Positions 51,578 to 62,348 of a stretch of 64,000 nt of DNA are shown here, in pieces (within the stretch, counting starts at the first letter, position 1; every line of letters starts with the position of its first letter). The stretch is from assembly GCA_022844475.1 (NCBI GenBank), contig JALHLR010000004.1, positions 9,004-73,003 of the forward strand, in the 5' to 3' direction. This DNA is from Hyphomonadaceae bacterium (GTDB lineage: Bacteria; Pseudomonadota; Alphaproteobacteria; Caulobacterales; Hyphomonadaceae). Position numbers and translations under genes: made by a program. The notes beneath the pieces are model-generated. The model had not been told where the DNA came from and did not search any database. It saw only the letters and a program-made list of their open reading frames with translations.

Positions 51578-53986
51578 CTAGTGGGGCAGCTGGGCTTCGC
51601 CAGGCTTAGTGCCGCCCGGTCCCAGCTGGGCGCGATAGGCGGCCTCTTCGGCCTCGCTCCACTGGATAGGCGTCAGCGGCCGCGTGAGCGCCCGCGCAAG
51701 CACCTGTTCGATTGTCGAGACCGGCACGATGGTCAGGCCGGACTTCACGTTCTCAGGCAGATCGACGAGATCCTTTTCGTTCTCCTCCGGGATCAGCACC
51801 GTCTTGATGCCGCCACGCAGGGCCGCGAGCAGTTTCTCCTTCAGACCGCCGATCGGCAGCACCCGGCCACGCAGCGTGATCTCGCCCGTCATGGCGATAT
51901 CCTTGCGGATAGGATTGCCGGTCAGCAGCGAGGCGATCGCCGTCGTCATGGCGATACCCGCCGACGGACCATCCTTGGGCGTCGCGCCATCCGGTACGTG
52001 CACGTGGATGTCCGTGTTGTCGAACACAGGCGGGCGGATGCCCATCTGCACTGAGCGCGAGCGAACCAGCGATTGGGCCGCAGAGATCGACTCCTTCATC
52101 ACGTCGCGCAGCGAGCCGGTGACCGTCATGCGGCCGCGTCCGGGCATCTGCACGGCTTCGATCGTGAGCAGATCGCCACCCACTTCCGTCCATGCCAGTC
52201 CCGTAACGACGCCAACCTGGTCATCGCGATCAGCAACACCGTAACGGTACTTCCGGACGCCCGCGAACTTGTCGAGGTTCTCGGCGCTTACCGTGACGGT
52301 CGTCGCCTTCTTCATCTCGATGTCGCGAACCGCCTTGCGGGCCAGCCGCGCCATTTCCCGCTCGAGCGAACGAACGCCGCTCTCCCGCGTGTAGTAGCGG
52401 ATGAGGTCACGGATCGCGCTGTCCTCGACGATCAGCTCGCCTTCACGCAGCGAGTGGTTCTCGATCGTCTTCGGCAGCAGGTGCCGTTTGGCGATCTCGA
52501 CCTTCTCGTCTTCCGTGTAGCCCTCGAGGCGGATGATCTCCATCCTGTCGAGAAGCGGCTGCGGCATGTTCAGCGAGTTCGCCGTCGTGATGAACATCGT
52601 ATCCGACAGGTCGTAGTCGACCTCCAGATAGTGGTCGTTGAACGTCACGTTCTGCTCCGGGTCGAGCACTTCGAGCAGCGCCGACGACGGATCGCCACGA
52701 TAGTCCTGGCCGAGCTTGTCGATCTCATCGAGCAGGAACAGCGGGTTGCCGCTCTTGGCCTTCTTCATCGACTGAATGATGCGCCCCGGCATGGAGCCGA
52801 TATAAGTCCGGCGGTGGCCGCGGATTTCGGCCTCGTCACGCACGCCGCCAAGCGACACGCGCACAAAATCCCGGCCGGTCGCCTTCGCAATCGACTTGCC
52901 GAGCGAGGTCTTGCCGACGCCCGGAGGACCGACGAGGCACAGGATCGGTCCGCGCACCTTGTCCGCGCGCGTCTGCACTGCGAGGTGTTCGAGGATGCGC
53001 TCCTTGACCTTCTCGAGGCCGTAGTGGTCCGCGTTCAGCACGTCTTCGGCGTGCTGAAGGTCGCGTACAACTTCCTTCTTGCGGCCCCAGGGCAGCGAGA
53101 CCATCCAGTCGAGATAGTTGCGCACGACGGTGGACTCCGCCGACATTGGCGACATCTGGCGCAGCTTCTTCACCTCGGCCTCAGCCTTGGTACGCGCTTC
53201 TTCCGACATCGGCGTCTTTGCGATCTTCTCTTCCAGCTCGCCGATCTCGTCGCGCTCACCGCCGCCGCTGTCGCCATCACCCAGCTCGCGCTGGATCGCC
53301 TTCATCTGCTCGTTGAGGTAGTACTCGCGCTGCGTCTTCTCCATCTGCCGCTTCACACGGTTGCGGATCTTCCGCTCCATCTGGAGCATGCCGATCTCGC
53401 CTTCCATCAGCGAGAACACCTTCTCCAGGCGCTCGGTGACATCGACGAGTTCGAGCAGCTGCTCCTTGTCCTCGAGCTTGATCGACAGCTGCGCCGCAAC
53501 CGCATCGGCCAGGTGGCCCGGGTCGGTGATCGCGCTGACAGTACCAACGGTCTCGGACGGGATCTTGCGGTTGAGTTTCACATAGCCATCGAACTGTTCG
53601 ATGACGGCGCGCATCAACGCGGCGGACTCTTCCGTGTCAGCCTTCTTCTCGTCGAGACGAGAGAACTCGGCGGCATAGTAGTCGCCCTTGTCGATCAGCT
53701 TCTCGAGCCGCGCGCGGTGCTTGCCCTCGACCAGCACCTTCACGGTGCCATCCGGCAGCTTCAGCAGTTGCAGGATCGTGGCGACAACGCCAACGGAGTA
53801 GAGATCTTCCTCCGCCGGGTCATCGACGCCAGCTTCCTTCTGCGCGACGAGCAGAATTTCGCCGCCGCCTTTCTCGACTTCCTCAAGCGCTCGAACGGAT
53901 TTGTCGCGTCCCACGAAGAGGGGAGCCACCATGCGCGGGAACACGACAATATCGCGCAGGGGCAGGACGGGGAGGATAGTAGCCAT
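51578..53986 (-). CDS. lon: ATP-dependent protease Lon
   Basis: Walker A GPPGVGKTS, catalytic PKDGPSAG, N-terminal LPVLPLRDIVVFP. AAGGAG Shine-Dalgarno. Confidence 0.97.
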   Translation of the reverse strand: MATILPVLPLRDIVVFPRMVAPLFVGRDKSVRALEEVEKGGGEILLVAQKEAGVDDPAEEDLYSVGVVATILQLLKLPDGTVKVLVEGKHRARLEKLIDKGDYYAAEFSRLDEKKADTEESAALMRAVIEQFDGYVKLNRKIPSETVGTVSAITDPGHLADAVAAQLSIKLEDKEQLLELVDVTERLEKVFSLMEGEIGMLQMERKIRNRVKRQMEKTQREYYLNEQMKAIQRELGDGDSGGGERDEIGELEEKIAKTPMSEEARTKAEAEVKKLRQMSPMSAESTVVRNYLDWMVSLPWGRKKEVVRDLQHAEDVLNADHYGLEKVKERILEHLAVQTRADKVRGPILCLVGPPGVGKTSLGKSIAKATGRDFVRVSLGGVRDEAEIRGHRRTYIGSMPGRIIQSMKKAKSGNPLFLLDEIDKLGQDYRGDPSSALLEVLDPEQNVTFNDHYLEVDYDLSDTMFITTANSLNMPQPLLDRMEIIRLEGYTEDEKVEIAKRHLLPKTIENHSLREGELIVEDSAIRDLIRYYTRESGVRSLEREMARLARKAVRDIEMKKATTVTVSAENLDKFAGVRKYRYGVADRDDQVGVVTGLAWTEVGGDLLTIEAVQMPGRGRMTVTGSLRDVMKESISAAQSLVRSRSVQMGIRPPVFDNTDIHVHVPDGATPKDGPSAGIAMTTAIASLLTGNPIRKDIAMTGEITLRGRVLPIGGLKEKLLAALRGGIKTVLIPEENEKDLVDLPENVKSGLTIVPVSTIEQVLARALTRPLTPIQWSEAEEAAYRAQLGPGGTKPGEAQLPH

Positions 53987-54252
53987 GAGACATTTCTCCT
54001 TGCTTCACCGCCAGCGCCTTCATGGAAGCTCACCAGCGTGAGGAAGGCCGGGCCATGCATAAAAGATCGGACCGGACATTCACTTGAGGATCAAAGTGGC
54101 CCGTCAGGGCTCACTGTTCAACCCACGCATGTGACGCATGATACTGCACAGGATTTTGGCACGATGGTCGCGACAGGGCTCGCGCAAGCCCAGGAACACC
54201 CATTCCGGGCAAGCCAGTCGAATCGTTGCGGGAACGATGATGTCGCGAAAGC

Positions 54253-55515
54253 CTAAGAAGCCGTCGCGGCCTGCCCCTCGGAGCCATGCACGTAAAGCGG
54301 CCGCGCGCGGCCTTCCACGACTTCGGCATTGATCGCCACTTCCTCGACGCCGCGCAGGTTGGGCAGCTCGAACATGGTGTCGAGCAGGATGCCCTCCATG
54401 ATCGAACGCAGGCCCCGGGCACCGGTCTTCCGCTGAATGGCGCGGCGCGCCACGGCGGAGAGAGCATCGTCGGTGAACGTCAGCGTCACATTCTCCATCT
54501 CGAACAGGCGCTGGTACTGCTTCAGCAATGCGTTCTTCGGCTCTGTCAGGATCTGGATGAGCGCCGGCTCGTCCAGGTCTTCCAGCGTCGCGATGACCGG
54601 CAGGCGGCCGATGAATTCCGGGATCAGGCCAAACTTCACCAGATCTTCCGGCTCGCACTCTTCGAGGATCTTGCCCGTACGGCGGTCTTCCGGCGCAATG
54701 ACATTCGCTCCGAAGCCGATCGACGTGCCGCGGCCACGATCCGAAATGACCTTATCAAGGCCCGAAAACGCGCCGCCGCAGATGAACAGCATGTTCGTCG
54801 TGTCGACCTGAAGGAACTCCTGCTGCGGATGCTTGCGGCCGCCCTGCGGCGGAACCGATGCAACCGTGCCTTCCATGATCTTCAGCAAGGCCTGCTGCAC
54901 GCCCTCGCCCGACACGTCACGCGTGATCGAGGGGTTGTCAGACTTGCGGGAAATCTTGTCGATCTCGTCGATGTAGACAATACCGCGCTGCGCCCGCTCG
55001 ACATTGTAGTCGGAGGCCTGCAGCAGCTTCAGGATGATGTTCTCGACATCCTCGCCGACATAACCTGCTTCAGTCAGTGTCGTGGCGTCGGCCATCGTGA
55101 ACGGAACGTCGATGATGCGCGCCAGCGTCTGCGCCAGCAGCGTCTTGCCGCAGCCTGTCGGGCCTATAAGCAGGATGTTCGACTTCGCGAGTTCGACGTC
55201 GGAGTTCTTCGCGGCATGGTTCAGCCGCTTGTAGTGGTTGTGCACGGCAACGGAGAGCACGCGCTTGGCCTTGGCCTGCCCGATGACATAATCGTCCAGC
55301 ACGTCGCAGATCTCGCGCGGCGTCGGCACGCCATCGCGCGACTTCACCAGCGCAGTCTTCGACTCCTCACGGATGATATCCATGCAGAGCTCGACGCATT
55401 CATCACAGATGAACACCGTCGGGCCCGCGATCAGCTTTTTCACTTCGTGCTGCGATTTTCCGCAGAACGAGCAGTACAGCGTATTCTTGCTGTCGCCTGA
55501 AGCGCTCTTGTTCAT
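54253..55515 (-). CDS. clpX: ATP-dependent Clp protease ATP-binding subunit ClpX
   Basis: Zn-finger [13 protein letters not shown]...CDECV and Walker A GPTGCGKT. Start [10 protein letters not shown] chosen by analogy with Caulobacter ClpX. Confidence 0.97.
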   Translation of the reverse strand: MNKSASGDSKNTLYCSFCGKSQHEVKKLIAGPTVFICDECVELCMDIIREESKTALVKSRDGVPTPREICDVLDDYVIGQAKAKRVLSVAVHNHYKRLNHAAKNSDVELAKSNILLIGPTGCGKTLLAQTLARIIDVPFTMADATTLTEAGYVGEDVENIILKLLQASDYNVERAQRGIVYIDEIDKISRKSDNPSITRDVSGEGVQQALLKIMEGTVASVPPQGGRKHPQQEFLQVDTTNMLFICGGAFSGLDKVISDRGRGTSIGFGANVIAPEDRRTGKILEECEPEDLVKFGLIPEFIGRLPVIATLEDLDEPALIQILTEPKNALLKQYQRLFEMENVTLTFTDDALSAVARRAIQRKTGARGLRSIMEGILLDTMFELPNLRGVEEVAINAEVVEGRARPLYVHGSEGQAATAS

Positions 55516-55696
55516 CGACACCTCAAGACGCCTCGGGGAAAAACCCCGCGGGCGTCACTCCTGCAAGCCCAAGCCTCGAATCATATATTTCAATCGTTTC
55601 AGATAGGTTCAAGGCACCCTATCGGATCATAGCAAGCAAGGCGCCGCAAGGAGACACAATCAGTGCCGGCGGACCCAATCTGCTGAAAAACAGCGC

Positions 55697-56317
55697 TTAA
55701 TCGGCTGGTGCGGCCCGCTTTTCGTAAACTTTATCCACGATTCCAAAGGCCTGAGCCTCGCTCGCGGTCATGAAACTATCGCGATCCAGCGTCTTTTCGA
55801 CCAGCTCGTAGGGCTGGCCGGTATGCTTTACGTAGATCTCGTTCAAGCGCTTTTTCGTTCCCAGGATGTCCAGGGCGTGCCGTTCAATGTCGGAAGCGAC
55901 GCCACGGAACCCACCGGAGGGCTGGTGAAGCAGAATGCGCGAATTGGGGGTCGCGAACCGCATCCCCTTCTCGCCGGCCGCCATCAGGAGCGCGCCCATC
56001 GACGCCGCCATGCCGATGCAGGCCGTGGAAACCGGGCTGCGGATGTATTGCATGGTGTCATAGATCGCGAGGCCGGAGTGAACATACCCGCCTGGCGAGT
56101 TGATATACATGGCAATTTCCTTCTTCGGGTTCTCAGACTCGAGGAAGAGAAGCTGCGCGGTGATCAGGCTGGCGAGGCCATCATCGATCGGACCGGTAAC
56201 GAAAACGATCCGGTCCTTGAGAAGACGCGAGAAAATGTCATAGGCGCGCTCACCACGGCTGGATTGCTCCACAACCATGGGGACGAGATTCATCGCCGTC
56301 GGGGTGAAATCGTCCAT
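55697..56317 (-). CDS. clpP: ATP-dependent Clp protease proteolytic subunit ClpP
   Basis: [22 protein letters not shown] and catalytic-Ser context GMAASMG. Confidence 0.97.
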   Translation of the reverse strand: MDDFTPTAMNLVPMVVEQSSRGERAYDIFSRLLKDRIVFVTGPIDDGLASLITAQLLFLESENPKKEIAMYINSPGGYVHSGLAIYDTMQYIRSPVSTACIGMAASMGALLMAAGEKGMRFATPNSRILLHQPSGGFRGVASDIERHALDILGTKKRLNEIYVKHTGQPYELVEKTLDRDSFMTASEAQAFGIVDKVYEKRAAPAD

Positions 56318-56492
56318 TGCGAGGGTTCTTTCTGAGGCAGCCCCACTGGCCGGGGCCGGTGAGACTCAAATCACGGATTGGACTAACAATATCCGAACGC
56401 GGATGCCCGGGCGCAAGTCCCCCCACCCCCGTCCACAGCAATTCGTCAATTGAACCAGGTATTGAAGGCCGGTTTGAAGAGAAAGCGGGCGA

Positions 56493-57827
56493 CTACTCGT
56501 CCCCGATCTCTTTCATGAGCACTTCGCGGCTGACGGGTTTGTCCGTCACGGTCGCCTTTTCGAGGATGTAGTCGACGACCTTTTCCTCGTAGATCGGCGC
56601 GCGCAGCTGGGCCATGGCGTTCTGGTTCTTGGTGTAGAACTCGATCACCTGCTTCTCCTGCCCCGGATAGCGCGAAGCTTCCTGGCGCAGGGCGCGGACC
56701 AGCTCGTCATTGGTGATCTGCACTTCGGCGCGGCGGCCGATCTCGGCGAGCACCAGACCAAGGCGCACGCGGCGCTCGGCGATCTTCTGGTACTCGGCGC
56801 GCAGCTCCTCGTCCGACTTGCTCTTGTCTTCCTCGGAGAGGCGGTCAGCCTTCTTCTCGGCCTCGAACTGCGACCAGATCTGCTCGAACTCCGCCCTCAC
56901 CATCAACGGCGGCAGGTCGAAGGAATGCCGCTCGTCCAGCGCATCGAGAAGCACGCGCTTCACCTGCTGGCGCGTCGCAAAGCCCAGCTCGCCAGAAATC
57001 TGCGCCTTGATGGCGTCCTTCAGCGAGTCGAGGCCTTCGAGGCCGAGCGTCTTGGCGAACTCGTCATTGATCTCAACGTCTTTCGGCGCCTTCACCTCAT
57101 GGACCTTCACCTCGAAGAGCGCGTCCTTGCCCTTGAGAGTCTCGGCCTGATACTCGTCCGGAAACTTGACGTTGACCTTCACATCCTCGCCGGCCGATGC
57201 GCCGATCAGCTGCTCCTCGAAGCCCGGGATGAACCGGCCCGAGCCGAGCACCAGCGTATGGCCTTCGGCCGCGCCGCCATCGAACTTCTCGCCGTCGATC
57301 GATCCGACAAAGTCGATCACGACCGCGTCGCCATTCTCCGCCTTGCCCTCTTTGGTCTCGTAAGCCTTGTTGTTGTCAGCCAGCCGCTGCAGCGACTCCT
57401 GGATTTCCTCTTCCGGAACCTCGGCGACCATCCGCTCGATCGAGATGGTCGAGACGTCTGCCGGCTCGAACTCCGGCATGATCTCGAGCGCGATCGAATA
57501 GTCGAGGTCAGCCTCGCCATTGATCAGCTTCTCCTGGTCGGACGTCAGCTGGATCGACGGGCGCGAGGCCGGGCGCAGCGACTTGTCGGCCAGCGCCTTG
57601 TCCGAGGTCTCCTGGACAAGATCGTTCACCAGGTCGCCCATGATCGACTTGCCGTACATCTTCTTGATGTGCGCAGCAGGCACTTTGCCGGGCCGGAAGC
57701 CCTTCAGGTTCATCTTCGGCTGAAGTTCGCTGATCTTGGCGTTGAATTTCGCGTTGAGATCGCCCTTCGGGATGGAAACGCGGAACTCCCGCGAAAGACC
57801 TTCCGATTTCGTCTCTGTGACGTTCAT
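56493..57827 (-). CDS. tig: Trigger factor
   Basis: Start MNVTETKSEGLSREF, ribosome-binding GFRPGKVP motif and FKBP-like middle domain. Confidence 0.93.
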   Translation of the reverse strand: MNVTETKSEGLSREFRVSIPKGDLNAKFNAKISELQPKMNLKGFRPGKVPAAHIKKMYGKSIMGDLVNDLVQETSDKALADKSLRPASRPSIQLTSDQEKLINGEADLDYSIALEIMPEFEPADVSTISIERMVAEVPEEEIQESLQRLADNNKAYETKEGKAENGDAVVIDFVGSIDGEKFDGGAAEGHTLVLGSGRFIPGFEEQLIGASAGEDVKVNVKFPDEYQAETLKGKDALFEVKVHEVKAPKDVEINDEFAKTLGLEGLDSLKDAIKAQISGELGFATRQQVKRVLLDALDERHSFDLPPLMVRAEFEQIWSQFEAEKKADRLSEEDKSKSDEELRAEYQKIAERRVRLGLVLAEIGRRAEVQITNDELVRALRQEASRYPGQEKQVIEFYTKNQNAMAQLRAPIYEEKVVDYILEKATVTDKPVSREVLMKEIGDE

Positions 57828-58097
57828 CGCGCGAACCCTGCTCAGGCATAATGGTTGAGACCCGCCTGCGGCCATCGCCGGGCGGGAAAGGGGGTCGTCT
57901 TACACACCCCTGAGAGGCCTGTCCATGCGCGGATTCGGCGGGAATGGACCGCGGCTCCGGTGCGAGGCTGCACTTATGGTTTACATGGCGGGAAGTTCTT
58001 CCGACCGTGTCGGAAACCCCGGCGCCCGCACGTCCTTGCAATAAAATCGCCGCCTGTTCAGGCCCCAGAGACGCCACACCTGCCGACGGAGGATCAC

Positions 58098-58580
58098 TTG
58101 AAGAGCGCCCTCACCACCTGCCTCTGGTTCGACAGGGAGGCCGAGGCGGCGCTGCAGTTCTATGCCGCCATCCTACCCAATTCCCGCATGGGCGCTGTCC
58201 AGCGCCACGCCGCAGACAGCCCGTTCGGCACGAAGAAGGGCGCCGTCATGGCCGCCAGCGCAACAATCATGGGACAGGAGTTCATGGCGATAAACGGCGG
58301 CCCGATTTTCCCCCAGACCGAGGCCGTCTCCTTCCAGATCCATTGCGATACCCAGGCAGAAGTCGACCACTACTGGGACAGCCTGATCGCTGGCGGCGGC
58401 AAGCCCAGCCAGTGCGGCTGGCTGAAGGATCGCTTCGGCGTCTCCTGGCAGGTCGTTCCGACCATCCTTGAACAGGTCATGGCTGGGGGCGACAACGGCG
58501 CCCGTGAGCGCGTCACGGCGGCCTTCATGCACATGCAGAAGCTCGACGTTGCCGCCCTCAAGGCCGCAGCCGAGGGCTGA
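58098..58580 (+). CDS. VOC-family / PhnB-like (3-demethylubiquinone-9 methyltransferase-domain) protein
   Basis: TTCLWFD...FY..., INGGP and CGWLKDRFGVSWQVVP motifs. Start proposed at TTG 58098, six nt after GGAGGA. Confidence 0.7.
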   Translation: MKSALTTCLWFDREAEAALQFYAAILPNSRMGAVQRHAADSPFGTKKGAVMAASATIMGQEFMAINGGPIFPQTEAVSFQIHCDTQAEVDHYWDSLIAGGGKPSQCGWLKDRFGVSWQVVPTILEQVMAGGDNGARERVTAAFMHMQKLDVAALKAAAEG

Positions 58581-58634
58581 CCCCACCCACTGGCCTTTCC
58601 CTCTCAACCCAATTATCACCCGGCCTTGCTGCGC

Positions 58635-58717
58635 GCGGGTGTGGCGGAATTGGTAGACGCACTGGTTTTAGGTACCAGCGGGCAACCGTGGGGGTTCGAG
58701 TCCCTCCACCCGCACCA
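58635..58717 (+). tRNA. tRNA-Leu (anticodon UAG), CCA encoded
   Basis: Acceptor GCGGGTG/CACCCGC. D-arm GCG-GAATTGGTAGA-CGC. Anticodon stem CTGGT/ACCAG with loop TTTAGGT. Long variable arm. T-arm GGGGG-TTCGAGT-CCCTC. Ends ACCA. Confidence 0.9.
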
Positions 58718-58743
58718 TCTCTCCCAAAAAGCGTAGGCCCTGA

Positions 58744-58785
58744 CTCAAGCGGGGCTGCGTTTGGCTCAAGCGGCGCTGCGTTTGG
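58744..58785. repeat. Two tandem copies of a 21-bp unit CTCAAGCGG(G/C)GCTGCGTTTGG
   Basis: Copy 1 at 58744-58764 and copy 2 at 58765-58785, differing at one position. Lies 27 nt downstream of tRNA-Leu. Confidence 0.85.
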
Positions 58786-59343
58786 GGAAACAGCGGCGCC
58801 AAATCGGCGGGACATAGTGCTGACCTATAGTGCCCCGCATGGCACGAGCACGAACCGCATCACACGGAGCAGTTACCCCGCCGTCTCTCGATCGCTGGCT
58901 CGAAGCGTTGGTGATGCATTTTGTTGCCTCGTGCAAGGCGGCCGCAGAACGCTTCAGAGGTGGCGGAGACAAGGATAGCGTGATTGGCACACGCAATCCA
59001 AAATCTCCGCCCCGCCCCACGCGACATCCGGCATCCAGTACCGGGAACTTCGTCCCACCGCTGTCGCTGCTCCAACGCGCGCCAACTCTCCTCCCCCGGA
59101 CGGGGGAAGCGCCGCGCGCATGTCTCCTGGAACATCGGCACTCAGGCGGGGGACCACTCTCACCACGCGCACCTTCAGGACACGAGGACACACCGTCCTA
59201 CACCTGACCTGCGGCCGCTGCGCGCGTCTTTCGCGCAGATCCTGCCCCGCCTGGGCAAGGACAAGCCAGCGCAGGTCTGACCCGCGCACGCGCCCCAACC
59301 ACACCAACCCCGCCACCCCACGGCAGGGATCGCGCCCGCGCGC

Positions 59344-59592
59344 CTATCCTCCAGCGATCTTCGGTATCAGCACGATTTCGCTGTCCGCGCCGATCTCGGC
59401 CCCCAGCGCATCCTGGAAAATCTCTCCATCGATTGCCAGCGCCATCTGGTCCTCGACAAAGTCCCCCAATCCCGGAAACCGCCCTTCCAGCTCGCGCATC
59501 AAGGCGCGCACCGTCCGCGCCTCGACCTGGAACGCGCTCACCCCGCCAGTGAAATCTGCAATCCGCCCCGAGATCGACGTAACGCGCGGCAA
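59344..59592 (-). CDS. MoaD/ThiS-family ubiquitin-like protein (C-terminal Gly-Gly)
   Basis: 82 aa ending ...EIVLIPKIAGG. TTG start immediately after the TAG of the upstream molybdopterin subunit. Confidence 0.6.
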   Translation of the reverse strand: MPRVTSISGRIADFTGGVSAFQVEARTVRALMRELEGRFPGLGDFVEDQMALAIDGEIFQDALGAEIGADSEIVLIPKIAGG

Positions 59593-61863
59593 CTACTTGG
59601 CCATCTCAGCCAGCACCTTCGCCGGCGACATCGGCAACGACGTCATCCGCCTGCCCACAATCCGGCTCACAGCATTCGAGACTGCCGCCAGCGGCGGCAC
59701 GATCGGAACTTCACCGACACCCTTCGCCCCAAACGGATGACGCGGGTTCGGCTTCGTCTCGATCAGGATCGTGTCGATCATCGGCAAGTCCGACGCCACA
59801 GGCATCCGATAGTCCAGGAAGCTCGCATTCTCGAGCAGCCCCGACTTTCCGTAGACATACTCCTCGTTCAGCGCCCACCCGATCCCCTGCGCCGCGCCGC
59901 CCTGAAGCTGGCCCTCGACATAAGCCGGATGAATTGCACGCCCGACATCCTGCGCAGCAGTGTAGCGAACCACAGTCGTCCGCCCCGTCTCCGGATCAAT
60001 TTCGAGATCACACACATGCACGCCGAAACCAGCGGCCGCGCCTTGTGCATTCAACGAAACTTCAGCCGCAATCGGCCCGCCCGTCTTCGCCGACTTCCCA
60101 GCGATCGCCTTCATCGACAGCGGCTTCACATCCTTCGCAGGATCTATGCATGTCGCCACGCCATCCTTCCACTCGACCATCGCGATATCGCATTCCCACG
60201 TCTGCGCCGCACGACGCTTCAGGTCGGCGACAATTTTTTGCGCCGCTTCCACCACAGCCATCCCGGTCGCAAACGTGACGCGGCTTCCACCAGTCGAACC
60301 CGAATAGCCAATAGATGTCGTATCTGCGACTGTGCACCGGACGCGCTCGATCGGCAGGCCAAGTCTCTCCGCCGCCATCATCGCCATCGACGCCCGCGAC
60401 CCGCCGATATCCGGATTGCTTGACACCACAGTGACGCCGCCATCCTCATCAACGTGAACCGCAGCTGAACTCTCGCCTCCGACATTGAACCAGAACCCCG
60501 CAGCAACGCCGCGGGCCTGCCCCTTGCCGACAGGCGTCTGATAATGCGGCGACGCCTTGATCGCCTCCAGTGTCTCGACAAGCGCGCAACATCTCACCGT
60601 TGCGCCATAGACGGTCTTCGCTCCATCTCGTACCGCATTCAGAAGCCGCAGATCGATCGGATCCATACCGAGCTTCAGCGCCAGATCATCAATCGCGCTC
60701 TCAACCGCAAACGCCGCCATCGGCGCCCCCGGCGCCCGATAGGCAGCAACTTTCGGCCGATTGCTGACCACGTCATACCCCGTCAATGCCAGCGACTCGA
60801 CATCGTAGCAGGCAAACGCCGTCATCAGCCCGAGATTCACCGGCGATCCCTGAAACGCACCCGCCTGATACTTCAGCGTCATCTCGGCGCCGGTGATCTT
60901 GCCGTCCTTCGTCGCCGCCAGCCGCACATCCATCACAGCGCCTGATGTCGGCCCACTCGCGAGAAACACTTCCTCTCGCGACATGACAATCTTTACCGGC
61001 CGGCCGCACTTGCGCGACAAGGCGAGCGCAACTGGCTCAAGATAGACCGTCGTCTTGCCGCCGAAACCGCCGCCAATCTCCGCAGGGATAACCTTGATGT
61101 CGGACAGCGGCATGTTGAGAATCTTCGCCACCATCGCGCGGACAAGGAACTGCCCCTGGCTCGAACACCAGATGGTGCTCTGCCCATCCGCGCCCCACGA
61201 CGCCACGCATGCGTGCGGCTCGATATAGCCCTGATGTACAGCCGCTGTTTCATAGCTGCCTTCGACGATCACGCCAGCCGCCTTGAAAGCCGCCGCAACA
61301 TCCCCACGTCCCATCACGTGCTTCGCGGCGACGTTGGACGCCTTGCCCGGCTTGGGCGTCACGCCCTTGGTATACATGTCGTCGTGCAGCACCGGCGCAT
61401 CCGCCGCCATCGCCGCCTCGACATCGATCACATGCGGCAGCACTTCATACGTCACCTCGATCAGGTCCAGCGCCTCGGCTGCAATCTCCGGCTGCGTCGC
61501 CGCTACCGCCGCCACCGCATGGCCCTGATAGAGCACCTTGCCATGCGCGAGACAGTTGGCGGCGACTTCCTTCATCGCTGCGTGGCTCTCCCCCGCCTCG
61601 ACTTCGCCCGCCGCGCCGGCATCGAAATCCGCGCTGGTGACGATTGCCTTCACCCCCGGCAGTTTCTCCGCCGCACGCGTGTCGATCGAAACGACCCGCG
61701 CATGCGCATGCGGGCTGCGCTTGATCCGCCCGGTCAGCATACCCGGCAGGTGAAAGTCCGCGCCGAACTGCGCGCGGCCGGTCACCTTGTCCACGCCATC
61801 GGGCCTGATCGGCCGCTGACCGACGACCTTCAGATTCACGCCGCCCTGATTGCCATCGCTCAT
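59593..61863 (-). CDS. Xanthine dehydrogenase-family molybdopterin-binding large subunit (aldehyde oxidase/CoxL-like)
   Basis: GGGFGGK, AAYRAPGAP and GQLQGGAAQGIGWAL motifs. Start MSDGNQGG (ATG 61863) overlaps the small-subunit stop as ATGA. Confidence 0.9.
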   Translation of the reverse strand: MSDGNQGGVNLKVVGQRPIRPDGVDKVTGRAQFGADFHLPGMLTGRIKRSPHAHARVVSIDTRAAEKLPGVKAIVTSADFDAGAAGEVEAGESHAAMKEVAANCLAHGKVLYQGHAVAAVAATQPEIAAEALDLIEVTYEVLPHVIDVEAAMAADAPVLHDDMYTKGVTPKPGKASNVAAKHVMGRGDVAAAFKAAGVIVEGSYETAAVHQGYIEPHACVASWGADGQSTIWCSSQGQFLVRAMVAKILNMPLSDIKVIPAEIGGGFGGKTTVYLEPVALALSRKCGRPVKIVMSREEVFLASGPTSGAVMDVRLAATKDGKITGAEMTLKYQAGAFQGSPVNLGLMTAFACYDVESLALTGYDVVSNRPKVAAYRAPGAPMAAFAVESAIDDLALKLGMDPIDLRLLNAVRDGAKTVYGATVRCCALVETLEAIKASPHYQTPVGKGQARGVAAGFWFNVGGESSAAVHVDEDGGVTVVSSNPDIGGSRASMAMMAAERLGLPIERVRCTVADTTSIGYSGSTGGSRVTFATGMAVVEAAQKIVADLKRRAAQTWECDIAMVEWKDGVATCIDPAKDVKPLSMKAIAGKSAKTGGPIAAEVSLNAQGAAAGFGVHVCDLEIDPETGRTTVVRYTAAQDVGRAIHPAYVEGQLQGGAAQGIGWALNEEYVYGKSGLLENASFLDYRMPVASDLPMIDTILIETKPNPRHPFGAKGVGEVPIVPPLAAVSNAVSRIVGRRMTSLPMSPAKVLAEMAK

Positions 61864-62348
61864 CTCGGCTTCTCCGCCTGCCGCAGGTCTGCCGCCGCAT
61901 CCATCACGGCGCGCACCACCTTGTCGTAGCCCGTGCACCGGCACATGTTGCCGGCGAGCCAGTATCGCACTTCAGACTCCGTTGGATCTGCGTTACGATC
62001 CAACAGGGCCTTCGACGCCATCAGCAGACCCGGCGTGCAGAACCCGCACTGAAGCGCCGCCTGTTCGAGAAACTGATGCTGCAGCGGATGCAGATGGCCA
62101 TTGTCCGCCAGACCCTCGATCGTCTCGATCCGCGTACCCTCGGCCTCCGGCGCCAGCATCAGGCAGGCGCACACCAGCCGCCCATCGACGATCACTGAAC
62201 ACGCGCCGCAATCGCCCGTGCCGCAACCCTCCTTGCTGCCCGTCAGCCGCAACTCATCGCGCAGCGCATCAAGCAGCGACTGGCCGCCGCCGGCGAGAAA
62301 CTCCACCGGCTCGCCATTCACCGTCGCGTTTACAACCATCCGGCTCAT
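61860..62348 (-). CDS. (2Fe-2S)-binding small subunit (CoxS-like)
   Basis: CGTGDCGACSV and QCGFCTPG cluster motifs, plus NMCRCTGY. Confidence 0.92.
   Translation of the reverse strand: MSRMVVNATVNGEPVEFLAGGGQSLLDALRDELRLTGSKEGCGTGDCGACSVIVDGRLVCACLMLAPEAEGTRIETIEGLADNGHLHPLQHQFLEQAALQCGFCTPGLLMASKALLDRNADPTESEVRYWLAGNMCRCTGYDKVVRAVMDAAADLRQAEKPR

Noticed and set aside
52073-54256. 727-aa plus-strand ORF covering the lon locus. Similar cases are 54286-55500 opposite clpX and 56925-57851 opposite tig.
   Set aside because: These ORFs are antisense to unmistakable lon/clpX/tig coding sequence. Their translations are Arg/Leu/His-rich with no motifs. This is a typical stop-codon-poor antisense frame in high-GC DNA.
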